Source: the human T2T-CHM13v2.0 reference genome, Homo sapiens. From it: 64,000 nucleotides of DNA. The translations under genes were made by a program, and so were the position numbers. The notes beneath the pieces are model-generated. The model did no database searches, had not been told where the DNA came from, and saw only the letters and a list, made by a program, of their open reading frames with translations. The DNA is taken from the NCBI RefSeq assembly GCF_009914755.1, contig NC_060928.1; one strand, given 5' to 3'. Below are positions 38,015 to 52,401 of the stretch, piece after piece (within the stretch, counting starts at the first letter, position 1; each line of letters starts with the position of its first letter).

Positions 38015-39221
38015 TAAAGTATGTTCCTTGTATACCTAGTTTTTTGAGAGTTTTTATTATGAAGGGATGTTGAATTTTAGTGAATACTTTATTCAGCACC
38101 TGTTGAAATGATTTTATGGTTTTTCTTGATTCTGTTAATGTGATGTATTGCGTTTATAGATTTGTTTATGTTATCCTTGTATCCTTGGGATGAATCTTAC
38201 TTGATCATGTGAGATCTTTCTAATGTGTTGTTGAATTTAGTTTGCTTGTATTTTCTTGAGGATTTTTTGCATCTATGTTCATCAGAGACATCAGATCATT
38301 TTTTTGTTATATCCTTGTCTGGTTTGGATATCAGGGTAATGCTGGCCTCATAGAAGTATTCCCTTCTCTTTAATTCTCTAGAATAGTTTGGATAGAAATG
38401 GTATTAGCTCTTCTTTAAATGTTTGGTAGAATTCAACAGTGAATCTGTCAGGTTCTGGGTTTTTTTGTGTTGTTTTGATTTGTTTTTTTTGATGGGAAGA
38501 TTTATTACTGGTTCAATCTTGTTACTCATTGTTGGTCTTACAGGTTTCGTATTTCTGCATAGTTCAATCCTAGTAGGTTATATGTATTTAGGAATTTATC
38601 TTTTTTTCCTAGGTTTTCTAATTTGTTGTCATATAGTTCATAATGGTCCTAATGATTCTTTGTATTTTTGTGGTATAAGTTGTAATGTCTTCTTTTTTTT
38701 TCTCTGATTTTATTTATTTGGGCCTTCTCGCTTTTTTTCTTAAATAGTCTACATAATGGTGTGTTGATTTTGCTTATTTTTTTAAAAAAACAACTTTTGT
38801 TCTTCTGTATTTTTTTTAGTCTCAATTTATTTCTGCTCTGATCTTTATTATTTCTTTCCTTCTACTAATTTTGGGTTTGGTTTGTTCTTGCTTTTCTGTT
38901 TCCTTGAGGTGCATGGTTAGACTGTTTATTTGAAATACTTCTATTTTTTGATGGAGGTGTTTATTCCTATAAACTTCCCCATTAGAACTGTTTTTGCTGT
39001 ATCACATAGGTTTTGGTATGTTGTGCTTACATTTTCATTTGTCACAAGGAATTTTTAGATTTCCTTTTAAATTTCTTCATAGACCCATTGATTGTTCAGA
39101 AGCATGTTAATTTTCATGAATTTGTACAGTTTCCAACATTATTTCTGTTATTGATTTCTAGTTTTATTCCATTGTGGTCAGAAAAGATACTTGATATGAT
39201 TTCAACTTTTAAAACTTTGTT

Positions 39222-39676
<455 letters not shown>

Positions 39677-40629
39677 TTAATTTTCTGTCAGAATTACCTG
39701 CCCATTGCTGAAAGTGAGTTATTGAAGTCCTCTATTATTGTATTGCATTCAGTTTCTCCCTTTAGGTTTATTAATATTGGTATTATATATTTGGGTGCAC
39801 TGGTGTTGGATACATATTACAATTGTTACATCCTCTTGCTGAATTGACCCCTTTATCATTATAAAGGGATCCTTTTTGTCTTTTTTTTTTAATCATTCTT
39901 AATCTGATATAATTGTAGCTACTCCTGCTCTTTTTTGGTTTTCATTTGCATGGAATATCTTTTTCCATATCTTCACTTTCAGTCTGGGTGTCTTTATAGG
40001 TGAAGTGAGTTTCTTATAGACAGCATAGACTTTGGTCTTGTATTTTTTAAAAAAAATCCATTCAGCCTCTGGATGTCTTTTAGTTTAAGAATTTAATCCC
40101 TTTACAGTCAAGACTATTATTGATAGTTAAGGGTTTACTACTGCCATTTTGTTACTTGTTTCTAGGTTGTTTTGTAGATCCTTTCTTCTGTTTTTCCTTT
40201 CCTCCTATATTTCTTTGTGATTAAGTGATTTCCTCTAGTAACGTGTTTTGATTCTATGCTCTTTATTTTTAGCACATCTATTATAGGTTTTTGCTTTGTG
40301 GTTACCAAGAGGCTTACAAAAACATCTAAGAATTGTAACAGGTTATTTTAAACTGATAATGATTTAACTTTTATTACAAGGAAAACTATGAAAAATAAAC
40401 TCTAGTCTAATCCGCCCCCCACATTTTGACTTTTTGTTAAAAAATTTACATGTTTTTATATTGCCTATCCTTAACCAATTTGTACAGTTATTATTGTTTT
40501 TAATAGTTTTGTCTTTTAGTTTTCAGACTTGTGATATAAGCGGTTTACTTTCCACATTTACAGTATTATTCTGATTTTGTCTATTACTTTTACCAGTGAG
40601 TTTTATACCTTCAGATGTCTTGTTTATTA

Positions 40630-40762
40630 CTTTTTTTTTTTTAATAGAGATGGGATTTTGCCATGTTGGCCATGCTGGTCTTAAACTCTTGGCCTCAAGT
40701 GATCCGCCCACCTCAGCCTCCCAAAGTGCTGGGATTACAGGTATGAGCCACCATATCCAGCT
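40630..40762 (-). mobile_element. Alu left monomer / FLAM
   Basis: tagagatgggattttgccatgttggcc...gggattacaggtatgagccacc. Confidence 0.8.
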
Positions 40763-43076
40763 AGATGTTTTCCTATTACATGTTAGCACCCATTATATTC
40801 AGATTGCAGAACTCTGTTTAGCATTTCTTATAAAATGGGTATGGTGTTGATTAATTCCCTCAGCTTTTGTATGTATGTTTGTGTTTCTTATCCTTTGTGT
40901 TTTAAGGATAGCTTTGCTGGGTAGGGTATTCTTGGTTGACATTTTCTTCAGCACTTTGAATATAACATCATGCCCTTTCCTGGCCTGTAGGGTTTCCACT
41001 GAGAAGTCTGCTGAAAGCTGTATTGGATGTGGTATGTTTCTTTTATCTTGCTGATTGGAGTTTTTTTCTCTTTGTCTTTGATTTTGGCTAATTTGATTAT
41101 GATGTGCCTTGGGGAGAATTCCTCTTTCATTTGAATTTGATTGGTGACTTCTCAGCTTCTGTACCTGGATGCTGTTCGTCTTTCTCTAAATTTGGGAAAT
41201 TTTCAGCCATTCATTCTTTAAATATACTTTCTAGGCCTTTTTTTTCCTTGTCTGCTGTGGGAATTCCAATTACATGGAGGTTAGTACACTTGATGGTGTA
41301 ACATAATTTTTTGTAGGCCTTCTTCACTGTTTTCATTCTCTTTTCTGTTTACTCCTCTGACTGGGTAATTTCATATGTTCTGGCTTAAAGCTTGCTAATT
41401 ATTTCCTCTGTTTAATCAAGTCTGCCGTTAAAGCTTTCTCAGGAGTTTTTCAGTTCAGTTATTGTATTCTTAGTTTTAGGATTTCTCTTTGATTTCTTTT
41501 AATTTTTTCTATTTCTTTGTCATTGTCTCTTTTTGTTTCTGGATTGTTTTTCAAATTTCACTTCCCATTCTGGGGAGGACTTATATTGAGCACCAGAACT
41601 AAACGACTGTACTGGAATGAACTTGTTGCCCTGTTGTCATTTCCAGTCTCGCAAAGGCACAGTGAATATCAAAAATTAAATGATGTTCTGGAACTAAATT
41701 GCTGCCTTGCCATTGTTTCCTTGTCTGGAGAAGACTTATAGCAAATACCAGAGTTTAAATGCTGCCCTGAAACAACACTGCTGCCCTGCCGTTGTTTTCC
41801 AGTCTGGGGAAGACTTAAATGGGCACTGGAACTTAATCTCGACCTTTTAGTTGTTTCTGAGCTAGAGGAAGGCTCCACTCACGCACCTGGGATTTGTGGA
41901 AAACCCAGCTGGGGATTTGGGCCTTCCTCTGGATTGTGCCCCTGAGGCACTATGGTCCTGGCCAGTTTGTTTAACTTGGCATCCCCACTGATCAGAGTGC
42001 TGAGATCAGCTTTCTGTGATGAACACCCAGGTCATTGTTTCCACCTCACCCCAAGTAGTTAAGCTTTCCTGACACTCCCAATGGTTCTGATCAAATAGGA
42101 CCAGAATGGACTTCGCATGAAGATTCCTAGACCAGTGGGGAGATCGAATATTCACCTCCAATTCCCTCCTTCACTAGCAACCATGGGTCTAGGGAAAATC
42201 TCTGTGAGTGGTACTATGCCAGCTTAGGGGAAGGGGTGGCACAGTGTTAAATGACTGTTCATCCTACCTGTCATGGCTTCTCTCAATTCTGTGTGCCTTG
42301 GTGGTTTCTCTGCTTCCCCTCTGAGTTCTGGTATATTCATGGTGGTATTCTTGTCATTGAATGGTTTCTAATTGTATTTTTGTCAGGGACGTGATGCTGG
42401 GGGATTGTCTGTTCCACCATCTTGCTAATATCACTCTGAAACTCTATTTTTGAATAATTTTAGATCTATAGAAAAGTAGCAGAAATAATACAGAGTTATT
42501 TGATTTTTCACTCAGTATCCCCAAATGTTAACATAGCACCGTGGTATAGTTATCAAACCAAGGAACCAATATTGGGAAATTACTATTCATGAAACTTCAC
42601 TCTTTTTTTTTGATTTTACCAGTTTTTCCACTGATGTCTGTCCCAAGGTCTAATTGAGGATCCCACAGTGCATGTATTTCAACAGGCTTTTAGTAAATAT
42701 TGGGATTCCAGGCTTTGTCTCTGGCTAGATATGAGAGTACAAATCCTCTGTGCCCCTCCACCTCCCCAGACAGTCATGCTGTACAATCTTGGGACATAGG
42801 GTAAAGTGAAGGGCCTCTTCGGGCAGGCAGGTAAGTCATCAGGCCACTCCATGGGCCCTGGGAGACCATCAGCACACAGTTGGGCCCTTCCTCAGCAAGC
42901 AGCTCTGTGTTCTCAGCAGTATGAGTAAGCATTGAGGCCTCAATAGTTGGCAAAAAGCAGATCTTCCTGTGGGAAAAATACTTTGAATAAGGAAGAAAAA
43001 GGAGATTTGTATTATATAAGTTTGGCTGTCTCTAATTTAAAGAAAGTTAAACTTTATTGCACAACGACTACTAGTT

Positions 43077-43462
43077 CTTTCTTCTTCTTCTTCCTTCTCC
43101 TCCTCTTCCTTCTCCTTTTTCTGTCTCCTCCTACTTCTCCTTGTCCTTTTTCTCCTCCTCCTCCTCCTTCCCTTCTCCTCCTCCTCCTCTTTCTCCTTCC
43201 CTTCTCCTCCTTCTCCTCCTTCCTCTATCTTTTTCTCCTCCTCCTTCTTCTCTTTCCTTTCTCCTTCTTCTCCTCCTCCTTCTCCCCCCCTTCTCTTTCT
43301 CCTCCTCCTTCTCCTTCTTTCTTCTCCTTCTTTTCTTCTCCTCCTCCTCCTTTTCTCCTCTCCTCCTCCTTTTTTCTTCTCCTTCTTCTCCTCCTCCTTC
43401 TCTTCCTTCTCATTCTTCCCCTTCTTCTTTTCCTTCGTTTCCTCCCCCCCTCCACCTCCTCT
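43077..43462. repeat. CT-rich low-complexity repeat, (CTT)n/(CCT)n
   Basis: About 385 bp almost entirely pyrimidine on the + strand. Confidence 0.95.
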
Positions 43463-45836
43463 CAAATTTAGTTTTCCACGGAATCCCCCATCCTTTGGAA
43501 ATTTTTTTTTTGCTTAGTATCTGTTCATTTCTTCCAGAATCATAGTTTGGAATTAATGGACACATAGTAGTTAATCAGATGATAGAGATTAAAGTGAAGG
43601 GAGGCATACACTGGAATAGCAAAATATGTTTGCAGTGAAACCCAATGAATAGAATACTTCATGTTAGGGTGAAGTATTGGAGGAAAAACAAATACTTTCA
43701 TTAAAATCAAAGCTACTCTTCAGAATTTCATTATTTTCTTTTAATGAGAAATGTATGTGTTGGTCGTCTTGTCGTCTTTGACTCTTAAAATGTAACCAAG
43801 CAAATTTTAAACTACATCTCTAAAGTGCCTAAGTGTGATGCCTACGTTACCTTTAACTTAACTTCGTTAGTGGCAGAGGTTCCATGAGTTATGAGTACTC
43901 TGCTCTGTGAATGTCTCCATTTTTGAGGTGCCTTTGTGGAGTATTGATAGGGACCATTCCTGGGCTCCACTTACAGACTTCTGTTGGGGAATAGGATCTC
44001 ACAAAGCAGAACAGGAGTTTGTGATAAGGAAGAGGACAAAGAGAGCAGGTCCTTGTGTTCTTCAAAAACGGTGAACATTATCCTACTGATTTTGGACCAA
44101 GGGAGTTCTCCAGTGGGAAGTGACACAGAACCTACCACAGTGCCTTCCAATCCAGGTTTTTGGTAATGAGTGATGAATGAATCCCATGAGAGCAGAGCCC
44201 CGTGGAGCGGGTGGCAAATGTTGCTCTCTGACTACAGTTCTCTCCTTAGGGATGCTAACACAGACTGCCTCAGATGCAGGCAGGGCTGCTTGTCCACACT
44301 GATCAGGCATGGATTTGCATTAACATCTGTAGTGCCCTTTACTTGTGCAGTGAGATACTGGGATATACAACAGAATAGGTGCTGGAAGAGGCATCCACTA
44401 CAGTGTGGGCAGACTCTTTGGATCTGTATTAATAACAGCCTCTCCCGTGGATTAGCTAGTCCAGGCTTTGGTGCTTTATTTCCTCCCAAAATAATGGAGT
44501 GTGTACTCCTTAGTTATGTGTAGCACCAAGAAAATTAATCCAGATGTCATCTTTTTTGTTTCCCCCTCCAGCGTGGCTGGATACTTGGCAGGGCACAGAA
44601 TCACATGGTCTTCAGATCTTCTAAAAGCTGATTTTCCTGGGCCTAATCCCATGAGAGTTGGAGACAGTCTATGATAATTACTGATTCAGCTCCTGCTGGT
44701 GTTGAACTTACTGAGAAACTTAAACAAGAATTAAAATACACACCCACACACCCTCAGATGGAGCCAAACACTAAACCAGATTAGTCTTTCGTGGTCACCT
44801 TTTCTTCAGGATTAGGAGGATCAGAAAGCAAGAGCAGATTCTGAAACACTGTAACCCCATTCCCTACTGGGTCATAAGAGGCTGGTGCTCTTGAGGACGA
44901 AGGTCGGCAGCAGGTGCCAACTAGGTACTGGCTTCTGGTCCCAGCAGAGCTGGCCTGCCACAGCCCAAGCGTCTTGTTTTGGTTAAAAAATGAGTCTCTT
45001 GGCCTTTCATGCCTGGGCGTTCTCCGGAACTCAGATGTTTGTGAACCAGGTTCAGGGACTCTCAAGTTCAAGTCACTGGCAGATTGGAGAAAAGACCTAG
45101 AAGTTCTAAGTGTCTGAGGTAATGAGAGGAGGGACGCAAAGCCTCATTCAATGAGACTGCAAAGTCACCTGAATGGGAAAGCTTGCCCTATTGCTGGCCT
45201 CGGCAATGGCACCTTCAGGTTGTCCCCTGTACGGGTTGATGAGGGAGTGGAGGACCCCAGGTCCCTTCTTAATGTCAGCCTTGGCCACAGGTTTCGATGA
45301 AATTTAGTATGTTGATTAGGAGCTGCCAAAATCAGAGCAACTCCCCTCCCAAGGGGACGTTTAGTTTTCAGTTGTTAAAAATACACCCTGAGACAGAAAT
45401 TTTGGGACACTTAAGTGACTTTGAAATCCATCCAAAGGTTACTCTGTTCCTTCACTCCACACAGCTCAGGCATTTCCATGTTGGTCTCAGCTGCCATCTC
45501 AATGGTTTATTCTTTTTACATGTTGGAGCAGATCTGGACCTCCCAAAATGTTTTGAGGAGAAGTGGGCTTAGAGGGGTTTTCCCTGCTCTGTGAGAGAAG
45601 GAATTTAGCAAGGATTAATTTTTCTAAGAAGGTGGCACAAGTTTTGATGTGATTTGCTGGAAAATAGTAATAGTCACAATTTATCTTATTCCCCCAAGAG
45701 AATGGGATGATGTTCCCATGGAACCTTGCTCATCCTGCTAGCAATAACTTGTATTCTCTTTCTGATTCACACAAACAAGGATCAGAGGGTGATGGTGGGG
45801 GAAATGATACCAGGAAATACAGTTCGTTTTTTGCAG

Positions 45837-46030
45837 GGATTCAGAATGTGTTGCTGGACTTCAAGATAGGAAGAATCTTTGCCTTGATGGCTGATGACAG
45901 TAACCACCCCATCTACCATCATCTATTAAGGATTTACTGTGTGGTCACTTTACAGTCATCCAAGTAAATTTTCATAATCACCTGATTACATGGGTACCGC
46001 TTTTCAGAAAAAGAAACAGATTTCTGGAGG
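45837..46030 (+). ncRNA. FAM13A-AS1: Candidate lncRNA internal exon (FAM13A-AS1-like)
   Basis: Acceptor ttttttgcag| and donor AGG|gtaagt; no meaningful ORF. Confidence 0.5.
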
Positions 46031-46894
46031 GTAAGTAACCCAAATCGTACAGCTGAGCCATCTGTCTGCATCTCAAGCATTGAGGCAGCATTCGGCCTCC
46101 GAGGGTGTTGTCAAATGTGCTGGTCTCTGTTAACTCAGGGTTTTGGATTAATGGGTGGAGCTGCTCATTTTCACAAACACCCAGGATGCAGTCTGCACCC
46201 TCTATTTAAAGTGAGGTCCCTGGACGAGCAACATGGCAGCACCTGGCTGCTTGTCAGCAATGCAGAACATCAGGCACTCCCTGGAGCTACAGCACAAGAT
46301 CCCCAGGCAGGCGCATGTGCATCCAAGTTTGAGCCGCACTGCTTTCTGCCACTACGGAGGAATGTATCCTTTACTCTCTTCCTCCCCTTCGTCTCATCTT
46401 GTTTGGTAATTTTAAATTATTTAAAAGTTATAGAAAATCATAGTGCCTCAAAATGGCTTACCAAGAAATACTCAAAGCTGTAGGATCAGAAGCTTGACAT
46501 GAAGATTTCTGTGCATCTTTGAATTGCTTTACAGAAATTAAAGAAAAATCCAGACATCTAAAAGATTATAATTTCAGAATTCATAGTAACATGGGGATCT
46601 TCTTGGTGTCAGAACTGAGTTCTTGCTGAGGTTTGCATTGGGCCCTGTCTCCGGGCAGCTGCAGCATAACACGGAGTCACCCTTGCTGTCTAAGCCTTGT
46701 GGCTGGAGGGGAAGAGTGAGGACCAAGCTGTCAACAATCCCAGACCTGCCAAGCCCCATTTGTCTGTGTGCCTGCCAGGATTCTAAGACTGCATTTGGGA
46801 ATTTTGACTTTTACTGAATGTGAAATTCTGTGTATATATAGCCTTGGTGAGCTGACCCAGTCAGGGATGACTCTGATGTACTTTTGTCTTACAG

Positions 46895-47001
46895 GATTCA
46901 GAATCCATGGCTGGAAGAGGTAGTAAGGCCATTGGGAGGGCATGCCTCTCCTCAGCCCACCCCCACCCTGTGTGGGTCTCCATTCTGAAATTTCCATTCA
47001 G
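46895..47001 (+). ncRNA. FAM13A-AS1: Candidate lncRNA internal exon (FAM13A-AS1-like)
   Basis: Acceptor cttttgtcttacag| and donor CAG|gtactt. Confidence 0.45.
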
Positions 47002-49639
47002 GTACTTCACAGTTCTGCAAATTATGATAGGATTAGAAGTGAAGACATTGTTGGGGGGTTCAGAGGACATCAGGCTTTGTACTAGGCTGTGGAACCTGGT
47101 GTACTTGGGCTTGTGTAACTTTCTGGTCCCTCAAAAGAGGCAACATCAGAAGATTAAAGAAAGTGAGAATCACTAAATATAGCTTGTCATTTCTGCCCAA
47201 ATTTTATTACTTGAGCCCAGAGTTACCAAAATTATTCAGGGTGAGCTTCAGTTTTGGCAGGACAGCATTAACTTGCATCTGTGTTAGCAGTATTGCATCT
47301 TTGTACTCCGAAGTCAGACAGATTTGAGTTTGAATCCTTGTTTTAGCACTAGGACCTTATTCCAGCCTTTTTTTATTTTTTAATTTCAGGCTTAGCATAT
47401 TTCTAATGGTTACTTTCTGTCACTTAGAGAATGTGTAGCAGCACATGAAGGACACTGCATGCCTACCCACCATGGCAGCTTTGTGTCCCCAGCTGTCAGG
47501 TGAGGCATGGAACTCCTGCTGCCCAACTCTCCAGGCTATTCGAGGCCTGAGCGAGGAGGGCACACTTGGCCAGGGATAGGAAGGAACAGGCAGTGCAAAG
47601 GGTGAGGTGCTCCCTCCACACGACTGAAATGTGTGTTTCTGCAAGTCTCTCAGTTCTCTGGTGGCCTTACTAGTTTCAGAATAGTAAATGGCTAATGTAT
47701 TTATTCATGATGGCCTCATTGGCTTGGGAGATGTACTTAATTTTTAAAAATTTGCTTTAATTCCCTCATTTCTGCACTTCTCCAGTGCTTTCTATGAATT
47801 TTTTAAAGGCAACTGAGCCATGAGAGCACAAGCCCATTTTTCTAGCTGCAAAACGGACATGCCTGAAGTGTATGCTCAGCTCGCATCACCTTCCAGTGCC
47901 CTGCCTGGAGCTAGAACAACAAAACTTAATCCTCAGGAGGCTTCTGAGGGGCTCCAGGGAGTCACAGGATTACTTAAAGAAGGGAAAGGTCAGACCCTGA
48001 TCCTGATGCCACTGTCAAAAATTCTAGCACTTTCATAGTTTAAAATATTTTACATTTATACAAAATAGTCATGTATAAAATGTTTTTTGTTCAGTTTACA
48101 TTTTTAAAAAGGACAATGGTAATTTCAAATGCCTTCTGCTTACATGTCATGTAAATATTGTTAGGAGCCCATATTTTTTACAAAAACTATTATTTGTGGA
48201 GATTTTCATGACTGTATAGGTGTTTTCAGTTGGAGGATTTGCCAAACCTGTGTTTTGAGGCACACACGTGATCTCTGCTTGGGAAAGTGGCCAGTGCCAC
48301 TGTGCAGTGCCCAGCATTTATACGTGACTCTGTTTGGTGTGTGCTGTGTTGGTCACCACTTAAAGTAGAGCCAGTGTGCACAATTTGAATATATAAAAAT
48401 TTGAAAATATGTTTAGCCAGTCTACTCTTTAGTATATATTTTGAGTGAGTGTCAAGTGGAAAAAAAACAGTAAAAGGAAATTAATGAAGGAAAGGAAAGC
48501 ACTTTCTGAGTTCTGTCAAACACAAGAGCTTCAGAGGAAACAGTGCTTCAAGACTGTAGTATAGTTTGTCCCTCCTCATTGATTTAACTAAGTGGATACT
48601 GAAAAAATATCACAGAGGCATTGATCTTGGTGCAGAAACCACCTCTCCCTGACTAGGGGAAAATAAGCTAGCAAGCAGTGTGTCAGGAAGACCCCTCTTG
48701 AAAGCAAAACAGAATTTAGACTACAGCTAGCTTTCACAAAGCTGTTAGCAGTTTATGGTGTTCAACTATAAATAAATATACCACCAAAAGCATAAGGTGT
48801 TACTCTTAAGAAAATGGCATGTTTATCAGATTAAAAAGCTCTAAAACCAAAAATTATCCAAAAAGTTAAACTCTGTGATTAGTTCTGGACACAGGGCCCA
48901 ATTCTGTCGTCTCTTGAGAACTAGGCAACCCCTGGGCAGAACCAGCTTGATTAGCACCATGGCCATCCCTTTATGATGATAACAAACCTAAATATTCACC
49001 TTATAAGGAATTCTAAGCTCAACCACATTTACAAATGCTCAGCCCTCGGGGTTCCAAGACTGCTGGTCTTGGGATACCTTAGTGCGGCATTTATGACACA
49101 ACACAGCTTTGAGGCATTTGTCCTTGGCTGGAAATGTCACACCTGGGAGCAGGCACACCCTGCAAGAGGCTATTCCGCTGCCACCCAAGCAATGAATTAT
49201 GAGACAAAGCAAAAATTACACTGATGTTACAGAGACATCACTGATCCCTGCAATGAGTAATAATCTTCTTTTGACTTTGAACTGGTAGGCAAATGGAAGA
49301 AATCTTAACAGCTGACAACATCCTAGCTGGTAATTAAAAAAATAATTTTTAGTACTCCAGTTTGAAATTTGGTCTTTCACGGAAATTTTCCCTCATTTGG
49401 GAGGTCACCAAAATTGTGCTAGCTTTTTAAATTTTTATTATTTTTTTTAAAGCAGCACAGGACAAACTTCTACCATCTTGAAAAACTTCTAAGCTGTCCC
49501 TTATCCTAAATCTTGCACCTACAAGTCTTAGAAAGTGAATCTGAACTAAATGATTCAAAGATGAAACATAATGATATCATACTTAATATAAACATCTATT
49601 TCAACGTTTACGCCAGACTGAACACAATAAAAGTACTTA

Positions 49640-52218
49640 TGAAAATTATAAGTCTGCACTCTTTAATTCTTAAGTTTACTTACACTTATGAAATAACTCT
49701 TGACATTTATTTTGTTGGCATGTGCTAATTAATAAACACATATTCCCAACACAGCAAAGGAAAAATCCCAGTCCAGAGCATTTTGTCTTTGTGAAGCCAA
49801 TTAATTAAGACACCGCCTCTAGTGCCTTGAGATTCTGGGCTGCAGAAATGGTTGCTGGGGAACACATCTCCCTCGGCAGAGCCAGAAACCACTGACTGAC
49901 TGACTAACAAACATTTCTTCAAATAAGATCTAGTGTGAAAAGGGCTTCCTCTCATTTCTTCTGGGCTCCATTCCATGAAGAATATAAGTTAGTTAGTTAG
50001 TTAGTGGAAATTACAAAGGAAAACACAACATCTCATACACAATTTATTTTATATAACTTACTTGGTGTTTTCTTTTATTGAATCATACAAATTCAAATGG
50101 GGATTCCTGAATAAATCTTTAGTTAATTTACCTTTGGCAGAAACAACAGATTCCAAAACAATTAGTAGCATCTCATTTATTTGTAGCTTAAAAAAAAATT
50201 CTGTAGCGTATTTTTCCAAAAACATAGTCTTAAACAAATGTGCTTTAAAAGCTAACTGGTAATGATCTGATTAATATCATAGCTTATTTAAGAGAGCTAT
50301 TAAAGGACAGACTAGACATGTATTTTTAAAAAAACACAATTTTTGGTCATGTGAATGATTCATGTTCAGATTTCAAAAATAGGAAACATCCTAAAGTGCA
50401 TCATTTTATTTATAATCTCACTCCTTGAAATTATAGCAATCTGCAATGTAAACAGTAGAGCAAAGAATTCCAAACTATATTTTTATGTACATTTAAACCT
50501 GTAGGATTATGTACCGTCTTTGTGTATGGATTAAAACCAGGGCACTTCCAACACATAGCTCAAGCTTCCATACGATTAAGAGCAAACTTAAAGGCATTCT
50601 TTTTCCCCATCCTTAACATTCAGCTGACAGAAGAGAGCTGCTACCTCACTTCAGCAATGGAAAATGTTGCTGTAAATCCCATTGGACCAGCCAGTTTCTC
50701 ACGACCCTTTAAAACTGAAAACGGGTCAGTATAGTTTTACATTCTTTTTCTTTTCCTTAAAACTGTGCCCTTTCAGAAGGCAACTTTCAAAACATACGAG
50801 GGTGCCTCTGCTGTGTGTTCATACTGTAACACGTCGTCTAAGGCAGAGCTCCTGAAGCACCTTCTCTGGTCAGCCGTGGCAGGCGAGCAGATGCCTGGGC
50901 TCGGCCTCGCAAAGCACAAAGGTGGACACAGAACCCACTGTCCTTGGCGCAGGAGTTAAAAAAGTAACAGCAAATCATGAGGTGACATCAGGCACACTGA
51001 AGAGATGGAGGATTTGGTGTCTTACATTTCCTGGTCCCTCCAAAATGTCTAATATAGACAGTTTTGTGACAAAGTCTTTGAAAAAAATTATAATTGGCCA
51101 CACAGCATGACTTCTTTTTTTTCTTTTTATACATGATCTCGAAAATAGTGTGATTTAGATTCTGCCTTGGGCTGAGCTCTGAGGGCTACATTTACCTGTC
51201 AGTTTGGGGATTTTAGTGCAGATTTTTTTTAAAAAAATTAAACTCTGGTAAGTACTCAGGAGGCTGAGAACACAGGCCCCTTCTCTCCCCGATCCTCTGT
51301 ATGCAGGCTGACTTAAGCCCCTTTATGTTTGGCTAGTGCCACAACAAAACAGCCCCAAACAGATTGCCATGAGCATGCTAGCCTGGCTTGGTGTTTGACG
51401 ATAAAATCAGACTGGTAAGTGCAGTCAGTGTTCAGGAAAGAATCTCCAGGCTCTTCTCCCATGACCTGGTTTTAAAATCAGCATTCATACAGCTGCTTAC
51501 CATCTCTCTGTCCTCTGCAGATGACCCGGTCCTAGGCAGGGACCAAAATTCCTTGTCAGCTGAGGAAGTCCTGAAGAAACATCCTGAAGATGATGACTGC
51601 ACTGCCATCGTGGGCAGATGCAGCTTCCATCTACCTGAGGGCTGAAGGGGAAAACCTTTCACACACGTGAGGAAGGCGCAGCTCTGTGGAAAGGTCACTA
51701 GAATGGCAGCGGCAGCAAATAGGGCTCCAATGCACGTTTGCAGTTAACTGGGTCCAAGGAGAGCATGGCCCTCCACAGCAAGTTTGCTCTATAGAATAAA
51801 GTCCTGAGCTTGTTTTTATCACAGTTAGACAGAGAATGGTCTCTTGTTTCTCAGTTATCCAGGGAAGAACAGTGTATATTCTCTGTAGATGAGTGTTGTC
51901 TAATGTAGTGATTAATCTCTGCTAGTGTTAGGAAAGCTCCACTACTGTGTGTGTGTGTGCGTGCATGCGCGTGCGCATGTGCACATACTGCAGTCTTGAC
52001 TTTCCAATTACAAAATGCCTAAGTCAGGTCACATTGTCTTCTTCCAGCCAGTTTCTAAGGCAGGCAATGGAAACAGGAGCCGATGCCAAATGGTCTAGAG
52101 GCAGAAGGGCTGCATGCTTTGCAGGGCCAGCCCCAAGGCTGCCTTCCAGAGCTGCACTTTCTCTGGGGACAGTAAACTCTCACCGCAGCTGCCAGCCCCC
52201 TGTGCTTGGCCATGCCCC
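49640..52218 (-). other. FAM13A: FAM13A 3' UTR
   Basis: Follows the stop codon; minus-strand poly(A) signals ATTAAA (49662-49667) and AATAAA (49706, 50043, 50074); distal end approximate. Confidence 0.75.

Positions 52219-52401
<183 letters not shown>

Noticed and set aside
42947-43545. ORFs of 76-174 aa over the CT-rich tract
   Set aside because: Simple-repeat artefacts.
44000-49600. Numerous 60-120 aa ORFs in the intergenic/lncRNA region
   Set aside because: No recognisable domains or consistent splice phase; lengths are as expected by chance.
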